Shown here piece by piece: positions 60,500-64,000 of a DNA stretch of 64,000 bases (positions are counted from its first letter, which is position 1; every line of letters starts with the position of its first letter). A model generated the notes under the pieces. That model saw only the letters and a program-made list of their open reading frames with translations, ran no database searches and was not told the DNA's origin. The stretch comes from an uncultured cyanobacterium (lineage in GTDB: Bacteria; Cyanobacteriota; Cyanobacteriia; CAKZMO01), in NCBI GenBank assembly GCA_963719515.1, contig CAVRCJ010000003.1, positions 736,001-800,000 of the forward strand, written 5' to 3'. Position numbers and translations under genes: made by a program.

Positions 60500-62131
60500 C
60501 TAAAACCGGAATGTCGCCCGCAGGGTCCCCATCACGAAGTCGTCATTAGCGTTGTTTTGGTCCGGGGCCGTAATCCAAATGACCCCCGGCGTGATGGCGA
60601 TACTGTCGGTAATCTGGTGGCGGTAAAATGCCTCCACATGGACCGACGTGTCGTTCTCTAGCGCCAGGGTCGCTACCGATTCCCCCGCCAAGTAAGGCTC
60701 CACGCCCACCGTAATTCCCCCCAGGTTTCCCTCCGCCAGCAGGTCGGGGAAAGATAGCCCCAGCCCGTAGTACCAAATTTCACCGTCCCCCTGCTCTAGA
60801 AAAATAGCGTCGGTAAAGCCCCCAAAGGCGTTGATAGCAAACCGGGAACTAGGTTGAAAAAACGCCTGCAGCCCGTAGGAGTTGGTGACGACGGGCGACC
60901 CCAAGGCAACATGGCTACCGCTCGCAGCTGTCGTACCCACAAAAAACTCGTCTCCAAAGCCGGAGTCAAAGATAAAGTTGTCTGACGTATGGTAGCCGTG
61001 AACGTAGGTCACCCCCAGCTTAAGGCGATCGCTTGGGGCAAAGGTAAGCTGTCCCAGCGCCGCATAGTCGCCGTTAAAGAGGCCGCTACCGCCGTCAGGG
61101 CTTACGGCCTCGTCTGCCAAATAGCCTCCCGTCAGCACCAGCTCCCGGTCGGGGGTTAGCGCCAGGTTGATAGCCGCCCCAGCGCCGCCGCCAATTCGGT
61201 AGATAGGGCTGCGCTGGCCGAAGGTGGAGATTGCCCCCTGCCCGCCGTCCCCATCGTCGAGATAGTCGTTGAAGGTGCTAAATACATAGTCGTCATGCCG
61301 TCCCCGGACCCCAGAGACGTAGACTTCAAGGCGATCGCCCAAGGGAAAGGTGTAGGACAGCCGGTCTACCTCGAAGTCGTTGTCGGTATTCCCACCCACG
61401 CGCTGAGCGAGGGAACCCTCAGCGGTTGAGGCGTCTAGGCCCTCTAGGGGAGCGGGGCGAGTGAAAGGCTCAACGCTGCCCGCCGCAAGACGGGTCACCA
61501 GGGCATCTTCACCGGTAAAGCTGGTGACCAGGTTCAGCCGAACGCGATCGCGAAAGACTGTGTTGTCGCTGCTGTCCTCAGAATCACCGAAGGCAACATC
61601 GTCCCCGCCAAAGCGATCGCTAACGTCAAAAATCACTTCCCCCCGCAGCTTAGTCGTGGTGGAAAACTGATTGGCCTCCAGCTCGGCAGCCTGTGCTTCC
61701 AAGGTGGTGCTGCGCCGCCGCAGGGCCGACAGCTCTGCGCCAAACTCACCCTGCAGTCGCTGCAAAGTCTGAATATCTTCGCGGCTAATGAGGTTTGTTT
61801 CGATCAACTCGCTAATCTGCTCGAGGCAGGCGTTCAGCCCCGCCGCAAACTCATAGCGGCTCATGGCGGTGCCGCCGCGATAGGTGCCGTCGGGATACCC
61901 TGCAACGCAGCCGTAGCGGGCCACCAGCGACTCCAGCGCCCCGTAGGCCCAGTCGGTAGGCTGCACGTCCCGCAGCTCTGAGACGGCGGTGACCTGAGAG
62001 AGCGAATCGCTCTCTAAATCGCCGCCGCTTGCCTGGGCTGGGGTAGACAGCAGAATGAACCCGAGTACTAGAGGTAGCGGCCAGGGTTGAATCTTTTGGA
62101 AGGGGGATACTCCAAAAAAGCAGCTTGCCAT
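60500..62131 (-). CDS. SLH-domain / OprB-type outer membrane porin
   Basis: DVQPTDWAY, YGCVAGYPDG, RYEFAAGL, FSTTTKL, terminal TFRF. Confidence 0.93.
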   Translation of the reverse strand: MASCFFGVSPFQKIQPWPLPLVLGFILLSTPAQASGGDLESDSLSQVTAVSELRDVQPTDWAYGALESLVARYGCVAGYPDGTYRGGTAMSRYEFAAGLNACLEQISELIETNLISREDIQTLQRLQGEFGAELSALRRRSTTLEAQAAELEANQFSTTTKLRGEVIFDVSDRFGGDDVAFGDSEDSSDNTVFRDRVRLNLVTSFTGEDALVTRLAAGSVEPFTRPAPLEGLDASTAEGSLAQRVGGNTDNDFEVDRLSYTFPLGDRLEVYVSGVRGRHDDYVFSTFNDYLDDGDGGQGAISTFGQRSPIYRIGGGAGAAINLALTPDRELVLTGGYLADEAVSPDGGSGLFNGDYAALGQLTFAPSDRLKLGVTYVHGYHTSDNFIFDSGFGDEFFVGTTAASGSHVALGSPVVTNSYGLQAFFQPSSRFAINAFGGFTDAIFLEQGDGEIWYYGLGLSFPDLLAEGNLGGITVGVEPYLAGESVATLALENDTSVHVEAFYRHQITDSIAITPGVIWITAPDQNNANDDFVMGTLRATFRF

Positions 62132-62276
62132 TGCAGGGTCTCCGTCCCACTCAACAGAACTTGCTATAAAACCGTACTACAGAACAGCCCCCATCGCCCG
62201 CAGCGGCGGTTTCGCAGATCCAGTCTTAGCCTTCCTGAACGGCCCCAAAGTCCTTGAGTGATCCCATCAGCGTCCG

Positions 62277-62333
62277 CTTGCGGGGCTACACTTGCGGGGC
62301 TATGGCTGCGGAGCCTATGGCTGCAGGGCTACA
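62277..62333. repeat. ~14-bp tandem repeat x4
   Basis: cttgcggggctaca cttgcggggctatg gctgcggagcctatg gctgcagggctaca. Confidence 0.7.
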
Positions 62334-63150
62334 GGTTTCCAGTGGCGGCGATCGCGGCCGCTACGGCCTGCTGTCGCCGCTGCTGATCGGCCCAGATGCT
62401 CTCTAAGGTATTGCCCAATCCCGGCGCGTTCCACTGGTTGGTCTCGGGGTCGATATAGGCGTAGACGCGAGCCTGCAGCACTGCCTCCGACCCCGTATAC
62501 CCCAAATCGTGGGCTTCCTTAAGCCGATCTAAATATCCCTCGGGGCTGAGGGCCGCGAGCGGGGCCTGATTGGCTAAATCCAGCGCGTTGAGCTGCTCTT
62601 CTACCCCCCAAGGCACGTCAATGCGCTCGGCCCACTGGTGCAGCTCGGCCCCCTGCCGCCGCAGCCGCCGCATCTGCTTGATGTCGGCCTCTTCGGGAGA
62701 CGCTGCCCCGTGCTGGTAAGAAAATGTCCCCTGGTTCCAAGCGCCGTTACCGGGGTCTACATGACCGAAGTAGGCCGAGGTCTTTTCGCCCGTTGGGAGG
62801 CGAGTGCCCTCCGCCGCTCCTACGGCCTTAGCCACGACGGAATCGGTCTCTCCCGCAAACAGCTTTTCTAGCTCAGGCGGCAGAACCACAGGAGTCGCGG
62901 AGCCGCTGTGGGGTCTGATCACGCGGCGGAGACCGGCGCCGATATCCGGGAGCCCAAAGTTCAAGGCTCCGCCTGGATCAAACCAGCTCGCAGGCTTAAA
63001 AGGGGCGGGCTGGGCGATCGCCGTCGGGGGCGACTGCAGCTGGACCTGCTCATCGCGGCCATTTCCCAGCGCCGTCGCAATGCCTGTAAAAATGACCAAC
63101 CCCAGCAGCCAGGGCGGCAGAATCGCTTTCTGTCGTTGAAGATTGTGCAT
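62329..63150 (-). CDS. Membrane-anchored hypothetical protein
   Basis: N-terminal TM; GAAEGTR, GHVDPGNG, DLANQAP, WNAPGLGN. Confidence 0.75.
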   Translation of the reverse strand: MHNLQRQKAILPPWLLGLVIFTGIATALGNGRDEQVQLQSPPTAIAQPAPFKPASWFDPGGALNFGLPDIGAGLRRVIRPHSGSATPVVLPPELEKLFAGETDSVVAKAVGAAEGTRLPTGEKTSAYFGHVDPGNGAWNQGTFSYQHGAASPEEADIKQMRRLRRQGAELHQWAERIDVPWGVEEQLNALDLANQAPLAALSPEGYLDRLKEAHDLGYTGSEAVLQARVYAYIDPETNQWNAPGLGNTLESIWADQQRRQQAVAAAIAATGNL

Positions 63151-63235
63151 AGTTAAACTTCACTGTTTAAGGCTTTGGGACAATGGGGGGGGCATTTAGA
63201 TTACAGGGCGAGGGAACCCCAGGACTCGGATCAGA

Positions 63236-63721
63236 CTAAGGCGTCAAAAATCGGGTGAGCAGATCGCTTGACGGCTCTACCATGGCCCAAGTGCCGTCCG
63301 GCTGCTTGCGCAGCGCCGCAAAGTGCAGCGTTGAACCACTGCCAATGCGATCGCCCGCCAGCAATTCGCCGCTGCGTAGCCGACGTAGGCCGCACAAGCG
63401 GGCCAGATAGGCGGGCAGGTCTGGACTAGAGAAAATGGCGCAGCCCTGTCCATCAGGCTGCAGGCGACCGCTAAAGGGAGCATACACGCTGCCGCCGCCG
63501 AGGTCGATAGAGACATCTCCCAAGCCGGCAACGATCTGACGGTCGGCGACTATCGTACCGGGCTGGAGCTGCCACTGCTGCTGAATGGGGGGCTGCGGGG
63601 CGATCGCTACCGGAGACTGGCAGGCCGCTCCCATCAGCCACAGGAGTCCCCCCAGCGCATAGCGAGGGAGCCGGCGGCACAGCCCTTTAAAGGCGATCGC
63701 CCTAGTCATTAGGAAACTTAA
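63236..63721 (-). CDS. Hypothetical exported protein with a degenerate M23-like core
   Basis: VYAPFSG, GDRIG, LHFAALR; start uncertain. Confidence 0.65.
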   Translation of the reverse strand, partial: LSFLMTRAIAFKGLCRRLPRYALGGLLWLMGAACQSPVAIAPQPPIQQQWQLQPGTIVADRQIVAGLGDVSIDLGGGSVYAPFSGRLQPDGQGCAIFSSPDLPAYLARLCGLRRLRSGELLAGDRIGSGSTLHFAALRKQPDGTWAMVEPSSDLLTRFLTP

Positions 63722-64000
63722 AATCGTAGCCCGCATATTCCTCCCCTTCATACAAAATGATTACCCAAGTCTTCGCATCGAACGCCAGCGGGTAAGCCTC
63801 CCGCTCTGCCTGAACGCCAGCCCTCACCTCGAGGGGGGAGAGCGCGCAGTAAGGTTCGCCTATGGCCTGCCGGACGGCTGCCTTCGAGCTCCGTTCAGGA
63901 ATCGCCATCAGGCTCGCCAGCTGCTCTCGGGATAAAAAGGCCTCGGTCTGAGCAACAGATTGGCATACCGTACTCTTTACCGCAGGCTGCCGAATGCTGC
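63702..64000 (-). CDS. Hypothetical protein, C-terminal part (runs off window end)
   Basis: Open frame ending EREAYPLAFD..WVIILYEGEEYAGYDF. Confidence 0.7.
   Translation of the reverse strand, partial: SIRQPAVKSTVCQSVAQTEAFLSREQLASLMAIPERSSKAAVRQAIGEPYCALSPLEVRAGVQAEREAYPLAFDAKTWVIILYEGEEYAGYDFKFPND

Noticed and set aside
1..64000. Frequent GCGATCGC octamer
   Set aside because: This is HIP1, a well-known genome-wide cyanobacterial feature, not a local system

Overview
Cyanobacterial chromosomal window. The HIP1 octamer GCGATCGC is frequent, and the genes include psaL, a cyanobacteriochrome kinase and an SLH-porin. Housekeeping genes (putA, gltS, intein-containing class II nrdJ with tandem NrdR boxes, prfC, trmFO, cofH) alternate with accessory blocks: (i) a five-gene operon that looks like a lipid-linked pentose transfer pathway (DPPR synthase, HAD phosphatase, small flippase, GT-C transferase, PRPP synthetase), with no DprE1/E2 epimerase in the window; (ii) a 2-oxoacid elongation pair (LeuA/NifV-like synthase plus a fused LeuD-LeuC) followed by a PPTase; (iii) a ~19 kb defence-type island (orphan N6-MTase, MmeI-like MTase/helicase/GIY-YIG cluster with an embedded DUF433-PIN pair, GmrSD-like nuclease, IS630, IS1380, nested MITEs); (iv) a CHAT protease-STAND-TPR gene with a small upstream membrane partner. 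The strongest unexplained signal is a ~220-nt structured leader with its own promoter, present twice (23.5-23.8 kb and 50.7-50.9 kb). The two copies show compensatory base changes, each has an alternative RBS-sequestering hairpin, and each precedes a homologous small ORF. Other notable items are a non-autonomous IS200/IS605 element replacing the middle of a lipid kinase domain, a degenerate 21-nt periodic array behind a hypothetical gene, and several single-base frameshifts. All calls come from reading the sequence and recognising motifs; no searches were run.
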